Shown here in pieces: positions 25,862-37,107 of a DNA stretch of 64,000 bases. This DNA is from Podospora anserina (taxonomy: Eukaryota). The notes beneath the pieces were generated by a model. That model saw nothing but the letters and a program-made list of their open reading frames with translations, was not told the origin of the DNA and searched no databases. The DNA lies in NCBI GenBank assembly GCA_017654855.1, contig CM030337.1, forward strand, positions 2,728,001-2,792,000, written 5' to 3'. Every line of letters starts with the position of its first letter. Position 1 is the stretch's first letter. The translations under genes were made by a program, and so were the position numbers.

Positions 25862-27028
25862 ATGGGCTCCAACAAACCCGACTCCTCCCCCGACTCCTCC
25901 TCCCCTTTAATCACCCTCACAAACCCCACCCCCTCCGAACTCCCCAAAATCTTCACCCTCTCCCACCCCAAATGGGGCCCCGCGTTAACCCTGCAAGACT
26001 ACCTCGACAGAGAAGCCTACCTCACCACCGTGCCCCTATCCAAAAACGGGGGCATCACCCACTGGCTTTTGACTCTGTCCTCCCCCCCATCCCCCTCAGG
26101 GGAAAGACCAATCCTAGCATCATGCGAATCCATCAAGAAACGCGCCTTTTACACCACCCCCTCCGGCTCCGTCCGCGAGGGTGTCGCCCACGGCATCGCC
26201 TCTGTCTTCACCGACCCAGAGTACAGAGGCAGAGGCTACGCCTCGAGAATGATGTCTGACCTGGGCCAACGGCTCAAGACCTGGCAAGACGGCGGGGAGG
26301 ACAGGCCGGTGGTGTTTAGCGTGTTGTATAGTGATATTGGGAAGGGGTTCTATGCCAAGCATGGGTGGGCGCCGTTTCGGTCGAGTCATGTTTCTTGGAC
26401 GCCATCGTCCGCTGCCGGGTCGCCTCGAGGGAAAGGGGTCAAGACGATTGGGTATCATGAGCTGGCGGAGCTCTGCGCCGTTGATGAGAGGTTGCTAAAG
26501 GAACGACTGGCCAGGTTGGCGAAGGAGGATGGCGGGAAAAAGAGACATGTTGCTTTGGCGCCGGAGTTGGATCAGCTGCTTTGGCATTTGATGAGGGAGG
26601 ATTTCATGACGAAGCATATCTTTGGGAGGACGCCTGAGGTTAGGGGGGCGGTGGCGGGGGAGAAGGGGAGGAGGGTCTGGGCTGTTTGGACTAGGGGGTA
26701 TTATGGGGGGTTGGGGAAGACGGAGGGGAATACGTTGCATGTGCTGAGGGTGGTGGTGGAGGATGAGGAGAATACGGCTGAGGAGGAGCTCGTCGAGGGG
26801 TTTAAAGCGATTGTTGGGATTGCGCGGGCGGAGGCGGACGAGTGGAGGAGCCATGATGTGCAGATGTGGAATCCGACGGGGTTGGTGAGGGGGTTGGTGG
26901 AGAAGATTGGGGTTGAGTATGAGTTTGTTGAAAGGGATAAGGAGAGTATTGCTAGTTTGATGTGGTATGGGGAGGAGGAGGGGGAGGAGGTGGACTGGGT
27001 GGCTAACGAGAAGTATGCTTGGTGTTGA
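25862..27028 (+). CDS. GNAT acetyltransferase (LYC1-like lysine N-acetyltransferase)
   Basis: 388 aa. GIASVFTDPEYRGRGYAS (acetyl-CoA motif A), VLYSDIGKGFY, terminal NEKYAWC. Confidence 0.88.
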   Translation: MGSNKPDSSPDSSSPLITLTNPTPSELPKIFTLSHPKWGPALTLQDYLDREAYLTTVPLSKNGGITHWLLTLSSPPSPSGERPILASCESIKKRAFYTTPSGSVREGVAHGIASVFTDPEYRGRGYASRMMSDLGQRLKTWQDGGEDRPVVFSVLYSDIGKGFYAKHGWAPFRSSHVSWTPSSAAGSPRGKGVKTIGYHELAELCAVDERLLKERLARLAKEDGGKKRHVALAPELDQLLWHLMREDFMTKHIFGRTPEVRGAVAGEKGRRVWAVWTRGYYGGLGKTEGNTLHVLRVVVEDEENTAEEELVEGFKAIVGIARAEADEWRSHDVQMWNPTGLVRGLVEKIGVEYEFVERDKESIASLMWYGEEEGEEVDWVANEKYAWC

Positions 27029-27233
27029 AGGTTGTGGGTTTCAGTCATTGGAAGCGATCTTTCTTTCTCTACCTACTTCTTACGGGATATATTTTGCATT
27101 TTGCTACATATCGCATACGTGGTCTCTCAAGGCACTCTGACATCATCGAATTTGTCTCCATACGAGCGACATATATCTGTTCAGAGCATGGGAATCGTTA
27201 TATTCTTTTTCATACGCCTCAACAAGATCCTCC

Positions 27234-28257
27234 TCAAAGTCCAAACCACTCCAGATCAACCGCCTCAAACTGCGGCACCACATGCCCCACCCCACTAGCC
27301 GAATATCCCACCAGCTTCGTCCCATCCCCATACACCATCTTGGTGTAGCCCGCCGCCGGAACATTCGTCTCATTCCTGGTAAACTCCACCCCGTGAATCG
27401 CCCCCCACTGCTTAAGCTGCTCCTCAAAGTTGTGGAAATAGTTCACGAAAAAGTCATTATCCCCATGCCAGGTAGCAACCTTGGGATACTTCCACCCCTG
27501 GTTCCCCTTCCCTTTACCCTTGCCCTTCCCCTTGCCCTTGCCCTCAGGCAAAGGCGCCATCCCCCTCACCACCTCAGCCCATTCCTCCCCCGTCTTTCTA
27601 ATCCCCCCGTTGGCGCACGTCTGATCGGCGCTGATGGGGCTGCTGCCAGGGGAGCCAGCGAGACAGCCGGCTGGGACGCCGCTGTAGCAGGACACGGCGG
27701 AGAAGAGGTCGGGATAGGCCGAGGCCATGACGTTGGACATCATGCAACCTGAGGATGACCCGGTGATGAAGACCTTCTTGGGGTCGGCGTTGAAAGTGGT
27801 GGTGGCCCAGCGGACGATGGTGGCTAGGCCGGTGGAATCACCTCCTCCGTCGCGGGTGAGGGAGGCGGGGGAGGCGACGTCCCAGCAGTTATTGTCGTTT
27901 ATGGAGGATGGGTAGAGGACGACGAAGTTGCGGGAGGAGGAGAGGGTTTGGAATTGGGAAGTCATTTCGGCGTGCCCGGGGCCGGAGCCGAAGCAGCCGT
28001 GGAGCTTGGAGGGGTGTTAGCATGGAGATAACGGGGAGTTAGAAAGGGGGAGGGGTGCCCACAGCGAGGATGATGGCTGGCTTGCCGGTCAAGTTGGAGG
28101 GGGCATAGAGGTGAAGTTGGAGGTTGGTGGGGTTGGATCCCCACGACGAGATCTGAGTGAGGACATCACGGGGGATGTCATTAGCACCAGGAGCGGAGGG
28201 AGCACCGTGGGCCACGGCAGCGGTACCAGCGAGGAGGACAAGGGACTTGAACAACAT
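27234..28257 (-). CDS. Secreted CE1 acetylxylan/feruloyl esterase (PHB-depolymerase-like)
   Basis: Signal peptide MLFKSLVLLAGTAAVAHG; WGSNPTNL, one intron before LHGCFG, nucleophile ITGSSSGCMM, WHGDND, GVGHVVP, terminal WFGL. Confidence 0.9.
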
Positions 28258-29337
28258 CGTGATGCCTAGGTATGACTGAGGTGAGAAGACAGACCACGGT
28301 GTAGAGTAAACAGAAACTAAATCTTTTTGGGGTGAGCGGATATTGGGATATTTGTACCTTGCATATCTTCCCCCCTCCCCCCCTCTCCCCCCCCCCAATA
28401 AGATCGCTCAGCTATAATTAAGCAATCAACGCACACCACCGTCATGATCTCATTACCGAATGGGACGGTGGCACTCGGTAGTCTGGTCCGTGGGCCGTAA
28501 CTGTGCCTAGGTAGGTATTTGGCAAACGTGAGTCATCCATGGCTCCGTTCCCCAGCGGGTTTGGCCTCGGTGGCCCTTATTCCCAAGGGGGAAGCAAGTC
28601 CTTGTTAGCACAAGCATGAAATGTATGTGGATAACCAGCGTTGCAATTGGCGCGGCTAACTATACCCGACGCTATTTTCTGAGCGCCTAAGTTTTGTGGT
28701 TACACCACCGCACTCGGCTGGACTGCCCTATCAGATACGCTAGCGTGAGGTAAGGATCTATACTTTCACGGTGTTACGGATAGAGTTATTGGAGGACGTC
28801 AGCGGTCAGACCTAGTAGTCAGCAAGCCACGTCCGAATATCAAGAGGCTGAGGCGTCCAACTGCTTTGTATTGACTTGGCTGCTGCCACCGGCTGTTCCT
28901 GTCGGCATCTGTGCTGGAGATGAAAATCGGACTTTTGCAACTTGAGGGAGGGAGACAAAGTCTGTCGTCTATTTTAAACTCCTAATTCATTTGGTCACAA
29001 AGAGTGTAGAGTCAAGGTGTTACGCGCGAAAAAGACAACGTGGATGTTGTACAAAAGAATGCTCTCACCGGATTTAGGCAGACATATGCTGTATCGTATG
29101 TATTTTGACGAAGTACACAAGCACCTCTTGAATGCACTGAGAATGACGTCGCCGCATAAGGTATGAAGCTTGGGGCCACAAGTTGGAGAACATGGGGATG
29201 CGCCTTCTCCTTCGAGAGCCAGGATAATCAAACTTCACTCCCCCGTGGCCCCCTAACACAAACGTCTAGTGAGAAGTCTGGCGCCAGCGGTGAGAGTTGG
29301 GTTGCTCTGTAGCGCGCCGGGCGCCGGGTACGAGGAT

Positions 29338-29425
29338 CTGGAGAGTCGCAGAAGGATCCGCTTACGAGAAGAGCCGCTTCAGGCGAGTGAGCTCCAGCCG
29401 AATCTGGATTTGTATCAGGCTTTTC
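29338..29425 (+). pseudogene. Degenerate fragment of the CHIP U-box exon
   Basis: gatccgcttacgagaagagccgcttcaggcgagtgagctccagccgaatctggatttg aligns with 19642-19698 gatccgcttaccagggagccgcttcaggcgagcgagctcaggccaaacttggatttg, with a 1-nt indel. Confidence 0.8.
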
Positions 29426-31323
29426 TTAGAGGGAAATAGATGCACCTCTACTTGGTAGATTGTGTTCTATCCATGATGTTTCACTTCGTCATTATGTCTT
29501 TTCCGAGAAGCTTCATGCCGCTGTCATTGCCCGTATTCTCGCAGTTCAAGATCCCTACGTCTAAGTGCTCGTTCGCATTCAGCATCGCTAGGGCGTGGAA
29601 TTTGGCAACACCTTTGATAGGGCAGATGGAGTGCCCCGATACGCAGCTGGAAATGTAAATCACACAAAGAGCTATGTGCCCATCATGAAGCCGTAGAATT
29701 CTGAGAAATATTCCACTTGACACATTGATCAGGCAGTTTGCAATTTCATGAATAGCATCAGTCTTGCAATATGCGATAGTACTACCAGCTCCAACTACAA
29801 GTATCTCTTGCTCCTCCTCTTCCGTTTCCAACACCCTCATCAAATCACGGCCAAAAATCCAGGAAGATTCGCCATGCTGATCAATCAAACGCTCGATGAC
29901 CTCCATCGAGGATACGCGACTGGAACATTGCATTCTGAAACCTCATTCTCGTTGGTGAACTTGCATTCACTACCTTGCTTATCAAGATTGCGAAACTAGC
30001 ATCATCGGTGTGTGAAAATCCCCTATTCATAGCTGAACAGCACAAGGCAGTTTTCTTCACCTTGTCACCACGGAGTGGTGATCAAAGTGGAAAAAAAAAA
30101 AAAGAGTTCTGGTTGCATCAGCGGTTTCAACAAGTGTTGAGCTAACTGGAGATAGTAATACCAGCCAGCCCCGAGAAACTGGGCGGACAAGCAAGAGCAG
30201 AACGGCGTGGGTACAAAAGTTTTCCCAGACACTTAAGTAAGCTCGACATCCAACTGCCCCCTCGCGGGGAAAGGACCACCAAGCTATGCACACAGCCCTC
30301 AAGAGGAGTGCGAGAAAGCTCGGGACAATACCATCGATAAAGAACCGATGCCCCCTGGCTAGAGGCTCCGAAACATCAAGATAGCCGGGAGGATACCGGC
30401 ACCGCTCGAAGATACGACCAGAGACAAAGGCGAGGAGTCCTGGGCCAAGGTACTGAGCAAGTAGCCAGAGGCACTGCCGTGCCGTAAGGTCGAGATATGA
30501 GGGCATAACGCTGTTTCGCTGTCGATTGGCAGACCCAATCAAGAAGAAAAGAGGCAATTTCAACAGAATGGATGGAAAATGGTCTTTTAAAGCCAACAGC
30601 ACCTCGAATCTGCACCTTCCATGACTGCAACCGTAATCACCTTGACATCATTGAAGTGGCAGAATGGAGATGAGCAAAATGGGAAGTTTGTGCTGTTGTG
30701 GAAGGAGAGACGTTGCTTTGTTGAGAAGCAGTGGTGGAACATGGCCGAGATGACCGAGATAGCTGAGGTGTCGATATGGAAAGGAAGGTAGCTAAGTGAT
30801 CCCAGTTACGTACTTGGCCTTCTTGCAAGAACTGACTTGGGTTGCAGGTTACCTGCCTTGCTCCGAAAGTCACTCTTTCCACGTCACTCTTCCCACCATG
30901 CAACGGAATGCGCTGGATGGCAGTTGTACCTAGTTGTTGACACCATCTGGGGGAGGAAAGATGTTGTCTGACTGAGATAAGGCGGCTACCTAGTATTCAG
31001 TCCCGTCGTTTCCCATGGGCTGGTGACAGCACGGCACATACCTAGAGCAGAACCAACCATGCCTAATCTTGTCCTCCCCAAACCAGCTGGCGGCTTCGCC
31101 AGCCCCGACGACATCCTGTGGGACTCCTGCCTGGACAGGTCGAGATTGTTTCGACGGTAGAGCGCTACGTGAAATGTTACTGGATTATGTCAAGCATCTA
31201 CAAGAACCTGGCTCCATCTCATCCACGCTTTCCATTCCGCTTTCCAACAGCGCAGTCAGTCTGTGGAACCAAAAGGATACCCTACCCACAGGGTAGGCCG
31301 GGTGGGTATATATCTCTACACAG

Positions 31324-31851
31324 TCACACCCTCCTGTAAACCCACACGCCCTCCCCCGCTTCGACGGCACCCTTCCGCATATCCTCCCCCTCCTTGTCAA
31401 CAGCCCACTCGTCAAATACTGGCCCAAACTCCTCCAGGTCTGCCCTAGGCCCGATCCAAACTACGATTTCCCCTTCCCACCCTGCCAGATAAGCCTTTAC
31501 CAAGGAGGGCTGCCTGGGGTAGACGAACAGCAGCGCACCCGCCTCCTTCAGCAAGCCACTGTCAACCACTGCCCATGTTCCTGTCACTGTCAAGGTGTTT
31601 TGCTCGGGAAGAAAAACGTTAACTGGCTTTGGGGCCGAGACCTCCACGCCGTAAATGCTATTCGAACGGGCCGGGTAGTGGTGTAGGAGCAGAGCTTCTA
31701 AGAGGCCAGGACCGGAGCCGATTGAGAGGGCTAGACTGGGAGGAGGAGGAAGGATGGTGTCGAGGAGGAAGAGTAATGGAAGCGAGAGGGAGCAGCATGA
31801 AGAGGGATGACGAATGGGGGAGGTTGATAGTTGTGGAAGACGAGTCGTCAT
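31324..31851 (-). CDS. Small SAM-dependent methyltransferase-like protein
   Basis: Motif I-like LSIGSGPGLLEALL, YGVEV, LLFVYPR, WIGPRAD. Likely ATG at 31851 (MTTRLP). Confidence 0.7.
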   Translation of the reverse strand: MTTRLPQLSTSPIRHPSSCCSLSLPLLFLLDTILPPPPSLALSIGSGPGLLEALLLHHYPARSNSIYGVEVSAPKPVNVFLPEQNTLTVTGTWAVVDSGLLKEAGALLFVYPRQPSLVKAYLAGWEGEIVVWIGPRADLEEFGPVFDEWAVDKEGEDMRKGAVEAGEGVWVYRRV

Positions 31852-32766
31852 TTCTGATGGGTGGTGGTGGTGGTGGTTGTGGTGATTGGTTGGTGATACG
31901 AAAGTGTAACAGTTTAAGCCGTTAGAATTTTCCACTGTTTCTACTGTCAGTGACATGGCTCCACAAAAATTTGACAAATTAACGTTATCTACCAATGAGA
32001 TCGGACCAGGTTCTTTTCCTTTTCACTTCGACGTCCCTCGCAAGAGTTCTCACACCTTGTTACCTACCTACACATAAACACCATCTTTTCATTCTTCTTC
32101 CTACACTAGCTGACCAACTCGGACTATTGGAAAGAGAAGTGGACCCATAGTCCGCGTCTACAGGAATTTGGGCTGGCTGAGAACAAGCCACAATCTTCCC
32201 CTCAACACTTGGCTTGATGCTCACCCGTGGCGCGCATTGTCCAAAGGAGACCAGTTCATCAACTGACAGCTTCCGACCTAACCTTTATTTGACATTGTTG
32301 GCCGCCATCGTACTGCTTGGTGCTTTAACATCACCACTCCTCACCACTTGGTCTGCGAGCCACATTTACTCAGAGGAGACTATATGGCACCGCCTAGCCT
32401 ACCGACTCCCACTCTGAGCCATCAAGTTCTATTTCAAGATCGACCATCACGACAACATCTAAATATCTTTGACTTTGCAGCCAGCCACAATGACAATATT
32501 TCACTGCTGACTCTCTATCGCCGCACTTTACGCAGATCCGTCCGCTGTTGATCCTTGCACTATGGCAGCCATGAAAGATAACCAGCCAGAGGATATCTGG
32601 ACTCCTATCGAAGACCAAAAAGTATTTAACAGCTTGACGCGCCGTCGAAACTGACCTCTCGACCGCCAACCTCTCAGTATCATCAAGACGCATATAGCAC
32701 CTTCAAAATCTTACCTTTTGACTACACACACTCTACCTTACCCTTCTTTACAGCACGACACTGAAC

Positions 32767-33864
32767 ATGGGCTGGTGGAGCTCTCTCATCCATGGCGTCG
32801 GTTCTGCCGTGGACTGGGTCAAATCAAACTCGGGCACCATTGGAACGGCCGCTGGGATCATCGCAAAGGTTGCCGGAGCTATCGCGGATGATCATAGTGA
32901 TCCTGTCGCCCAGATATTTCCCAACTTCACAAAGGCGGCTCAAAGACTCAAAAAGAAGGCCCAAAAGGGGGCCCAGGCAAAGCTCGACGAGGTTTCGGCC
33001 TCTCTCCCCGATCGCATCAAGAACGACAAAACTCGGAAAACCGAAGAAGCCGCCAGCCTGTCAGATTCAACCTTCATGTGGGTGGACCCAGCACCCTTGA
33101 ACCCAGACGGCCAGCCGAACAAGAGTCTTGTTCACGATATCGGAAAGATGCTCGCGCAGAGCAGCTTCCCAACTGTTCTCAAAGCAGGCAACGGCAAGGG
33201 TAAACGAGAGGGGTCCGACTCGGGCTTTCTGGACGTGGCACTGTCCATCGGGCAGGCCATCTTTGCCAACATGGGCACCGACGCCGAATATGCCGACGAT
33301 GACGGGATTGTGGTGTCCCCCTTCAGCATCTCCAGCGCCGACGGCTGCTGCACCATCTCGGGCTGCCACGCCTACTATCCGATCCCGCTCGGACAGACGG
33401 GCGCCAACTCTGTCTGGCACGCCGCGATAGTCATGAACAAGACCACAACGGAAGCATACCGGTTCCACGAGTTTGCGAGCACCAGGGCTCTGACCATTTC
33501 CCAGCCGGTCAAGATGGACAACGGCAGCGGCAACCCGCAGTGGCTCGTCACGATGAGCGTCCCGTGGGAGGACGCCGTGTCTGCCTCCAAGCTGGCTCCG
33601 GCGCTGCTGAATGAGCTCCAGAGCACCGACGTCACCCAGGTTGGCTGGCGGCTGTACTACCACTCGCTCGACGGGACGGACCAGCGGTTGAAGCTGCAGT
33701 GTCCGGACGGGTTTACCCCTGCCCAGGCGAAAGGTCTCGTTCGCGGGTGCATCAAGGATGTGGTCAGGTCCTCGGGCATGCTGTTGTCTCCCAACGCTAG
33801 CCCGTATCTCACCCCGGATATCCTAGTCACCATGTCTACGCTTGTCTTTGGCGGTGACAATTGA
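32767..33864 (+). CDS. Uncharacterised 365-aa protein with amphipathic N-terminal helix
   Basis: Intronless ORF with coding-like codon use, good start context (aacATGG) and a decayed paralog at about 36 kb. Confidence 0.85.
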   Translation: MGWWSSLIHGVGSAVDWVKSNSGTIGTAAGIIAKVAGAIADDHSDPVAQIFPNFTKAAQRLKKKAQKGAQAKLDEVSASLPDRIKNDKTRKTEEAASLSDSTFMWVDPAPLNPDGQPNKSLVHDIGKMLAQSSFPTVLKAGNGKGKREGSDSGFLDVALSIGQAIFANMGTDAEYADDDGIVVSPFSISSADGCCTISGCHAYYPIPLGQTGANSVWHAAIVMNKTTTEAYRFHEFASTRALTISQPVKMDNGSGNPQWLVTMSVPWEDAVSASKLAPALLNELQSTDVTQVGWRLYYHSLDGTDQRLKLQCPDGFTPAQAKGLVRGCIKDVVRSSGMLLSPNASPYLTPDILVTMSTLVFGGDN

Positions 33865-34687
33865 CGAGGCAAAGTCTTGATCGGATATCCAGTCTTTTTT
33901 TAATTTTTTATTTCTTTTTTATTTTTATTTTTATTTTTTTTGCACTTATCTCTTTGTGCTGGCAGGAACACAGCTGGGTGGGTAGGTGAGGTAGGTAAGA
34001 GGGAGCGAGTTGGAGGCTCGCCAAACTCGGGTTGATCAAAGTGGTTTTTCTTTTTCATGATGAACTTTTTATCTCTCTTTTATTTTTTCTTGTTTCTTAC
34101 TCTTTAAGTCGTCCTTCATTGAACCCCTTTCCCTCCATCTGGCTCACCGATGTCTTGTCATTGTTTCGGGATGTTGAATGGGGGTGCCCAGCCGTGTAGT
34201 TCACCCCCACTTGACACAGGTCATTTTACTCTTGTGGGCCCTTTCCCACTTGCGAACAATCGTTTAACCATGATCAGTTTTGTCATCTAGTCTTTTCGGT
34301 GGAGATTGCATGAATACACTCGGTGCCTTGATCAGCAAATTTTTTTTTTTTTTGAAAAGCTACTCTTTTTGCAAAATGCATGGTTGTTGTTGTTGTTGTT
34401 GGGTAGAAAAAATGAGGCTAGGTCGGCAACTCTGAAAAAGAGACGCAATTGGCTGGTTGTCTGTGCGAGATTACATAAAATTTGCTCACAAATGGTCCAG
34501 AAAGCAACTGGGGATTTCTTCTGTCATTATCCTACCTACAAACGTAGCCAATTGTCTAAAGCCTTGAGTCAAATGTGTAACATCAGAGGAATGGGCGACA
34601 AGAGCCGAGAATGAGAGACACGATTGGCTTTGGTCAGGGACGTTGACTCTTTCAACTTGACATTGGGCCGAGGGGTGTGTCATATGG

Positions 34688-34690
<3 letters not shown>

Positions 34691-34769
<79 letters not shown>
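34691..34769. repeat. (AG)n microsatellite, about 39 units
   Basis: Perfect AG tract seen directly. Confidence 0.98.
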
Positions 34770-34771
<2 letters not shown>

Positions 34772-35939
34772 TCAGAGGACAAGATCCGAAAAAGTTGGTA
34801 CGTGGTGGAGGGCCGCAGTGGATTCAAGTCAATTTCTTCAAACTTCCATCAGGAAATTCCCCGACTCTCTCATCACCACTTCCCACGGGAACTTTAACAT
34901 GACAGAGTTATCAGGGCTATTCCACTGATCTACATTGTGAATTACGGGCTTCCACCGACAAGAAACCCGGTAAAAGTAGATTTATAGGATTTGACGCGGC
35001 TTCATGGGGGAATGAAAGGCCCCGAGGGAACACCTTCTTTTTTGAGACGAGGTGAGAGGTCGGTGTGAAAGACTTTCTTGCATGAGAGTATGGCAGCTTG
35101 GGCATCTGAGAATTTTGATGGCCAAGAGTATGTATGAGACTTGCTCCCCAGCCAACCATTTCTTCCGTCTTCTTCAAACCCCGATTCTCTCAGGTATTAT
35201 AATGAATAATCTCCGGGGGAAAATTGATACCTGATATTCCTGCAGGGGCCGGAATTTCTTGATTGATGAAGTAGGATTTGCAGATTCATTAAAAACATGA
35301 TTGGCTCATGACTAGTGATTCTACCTATCCGGCAGGAGTATGGGGAAGGCGAGTATGTTGAGACAAACAACGCTGAATCGGGGTGGGAATTAGGTGTCGA
35401 ATTGAGCTTTGTCATGATCATACATATGAGGTGGTGTGATGACGGGATGTAGACCCGATTCACCGCGTTGCATCTTGTCAGCCGAGTGTGTGCTCCGGAA
35501 TCATGGTTCCAGCATGGGATATGTTGGGCTTCAGTGATGGACAGAAAGTAGCTCCAACTCCAACTGTCACCATTTCCTGATCTGTGATTGATTTGTGACA
35601 GCGAGCCATCTGGATTAGCAGAGCATGAGGTGATATTGGAGCCCAACGATGCACACATCAATCCTTCTTGGCTGCGGGGGTATCAGAGAGGCGGCTGAAA
35701 TTCAGGCAATTGAACATGAATTTCATATTGTGAATTTCCAAGACTTCAGAGAATCAGATATCAGGTATATAAAGCAGGAGTTCTCGTTTGATTCTCTGGC
35801 CTCTCTTCCCGGCCAGACATCTCTAGATCACTTCTCTCTTGCATCACATCAACATCGACTCAATTTGCTTCTAGTTGCATCGCCCGAGCCATAAGCAAAG
35901 ACCCTGCTCTGAAGATCACGGCGGCTACGGCTTCAGGGC

Positions 35940-36387
35940 CAATCGACATTCTTGTGGTTTGAGCCCTCGCCGAGTGACTCCAACGGCTAGCTGAACAAAA
36001 GTCTTGTTCAGGACGTCAGCAAGCTACTCGTTCAGAAAAGCTACCTCACCGGCAGTGACCCCACCTGGCTCGTCACAATGTCCATCAAATGGGAGGACTC
36101 AGTCACGGCCTCCGAGCTGGCCCCCGTCTTGAACGGGCTCGCTCCAGACTGATGATTTGCACGCCACTGGCTGGGTTCTCGTCCACCACTCGCTTGACGG
36201 CATGGACCAACACATCAAACTGCAGTGCCCGGATAACAACACTCCCGCCCAGGCCAGAGGTCTCGTGCGGCAGTGTGCCAAAAGTGCCATCCAATCCTTG
36301 ATCGCTGGGGCGATCACCCTGCCCTACCTCACCCCGGACATCTACGTCACCATGTCAACGCTTGTCTTGCCAAAAGCTGCATTCTGA
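35940..36387 (+). pseudogene. Decayed paralog of the 365-aa gene at 32767-33864
   Basis: Translates as QSTFLWFEPSP..NG*LNKSLVQDVSKLL, then PTWLVTMSIKWEDSVTASELAP, a frameshift, then GWVLVHHSLDGMDQHIKLQCPD..TPAQARGLVR..PYLTPDIYVTMSTLV, matching the intact gene. TAG at 35988-35990 and a large internal deletion. Confidence 0.9.
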
Positions 36388-37107
36388 TTTGCAGCATCGG
36401 AGAGCCGAGGCCACCCTAAGGTACGATGGGATGTGGGCTCACCGATAGAGGACGACGCCTGTCGTATTGACCTCTTCTAGAGGTGTAGGTTCATCTGATC
36501 AAGTCCGCGTTGAGGGAACCTCTGTTGTGATGGGACGGGCGGTATGTAAATGGGGTCTTGTTAGTGGTGTAGTGCACAATCGAAACCGAGCCTTGTTGTC
36601 AATCGCGTCGGGTCTTCTACATCATGCTCACACGTCTGCCCTTCACGAAGTAGTTAGCCAATAAGCAACATGTCTCATGAAGTTCCGTGTAAAACATAGA
36701 TGATGGACGGTGCCTTCAGTTCAACTTACACCCTTTCAACCTCTCCAGACCTATTCTCGCTCAGGGGTCCTCTTGGGCACCCTTGTTCACTTCCACAACT
36801 CAACCTCAATAAAGAAGTGAGTTTGTAGCTGGAAAGAGGTCATGTTACCTTTCAATCTAAATACCTAGGTAGTCTAGCCTCAGAAACGAGCAAAACTTGT
36901 CATCACGTCGTAGATCATGACCCGCCCCCCCTTTAGCCCCGTGTGATCTTTGTTTCCCTCAAGAGAAGAGAGAAAAACAACAGATCGGATATCAAAATGC
37001 CCTTCCATTCCTTCTTATAGCTCCGGGAAACAAACCAATCAAAAACTTCCTTCTGAAGCACTCCAGAAAAAAAAATAGAAAGAAAGATGAAATGAACGAG
37101 TAAAAGT

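Noticed and set aside
27500..27545. GKGKGKGK-encoding hexamer repeat in the esterase
   Set aside because: Simple slippage in a loop; no evidence of function.
28790..28830. cagacctagtagtc resembling a 5S rRNA internal segment
   Set aside because: Flanks do not match 5S sequence or structure.
29481..30650. Fragmentary minus-strand ORFs (150 and 181 aa)
   Set aside because: Possibly a decayed gene, but no family or consistent exon chain could be supported.
34900..35900. Stop-rich stretch between the orphan and its pseudogene
   Set aside because: No recognisable transposon or protein motif by eye.
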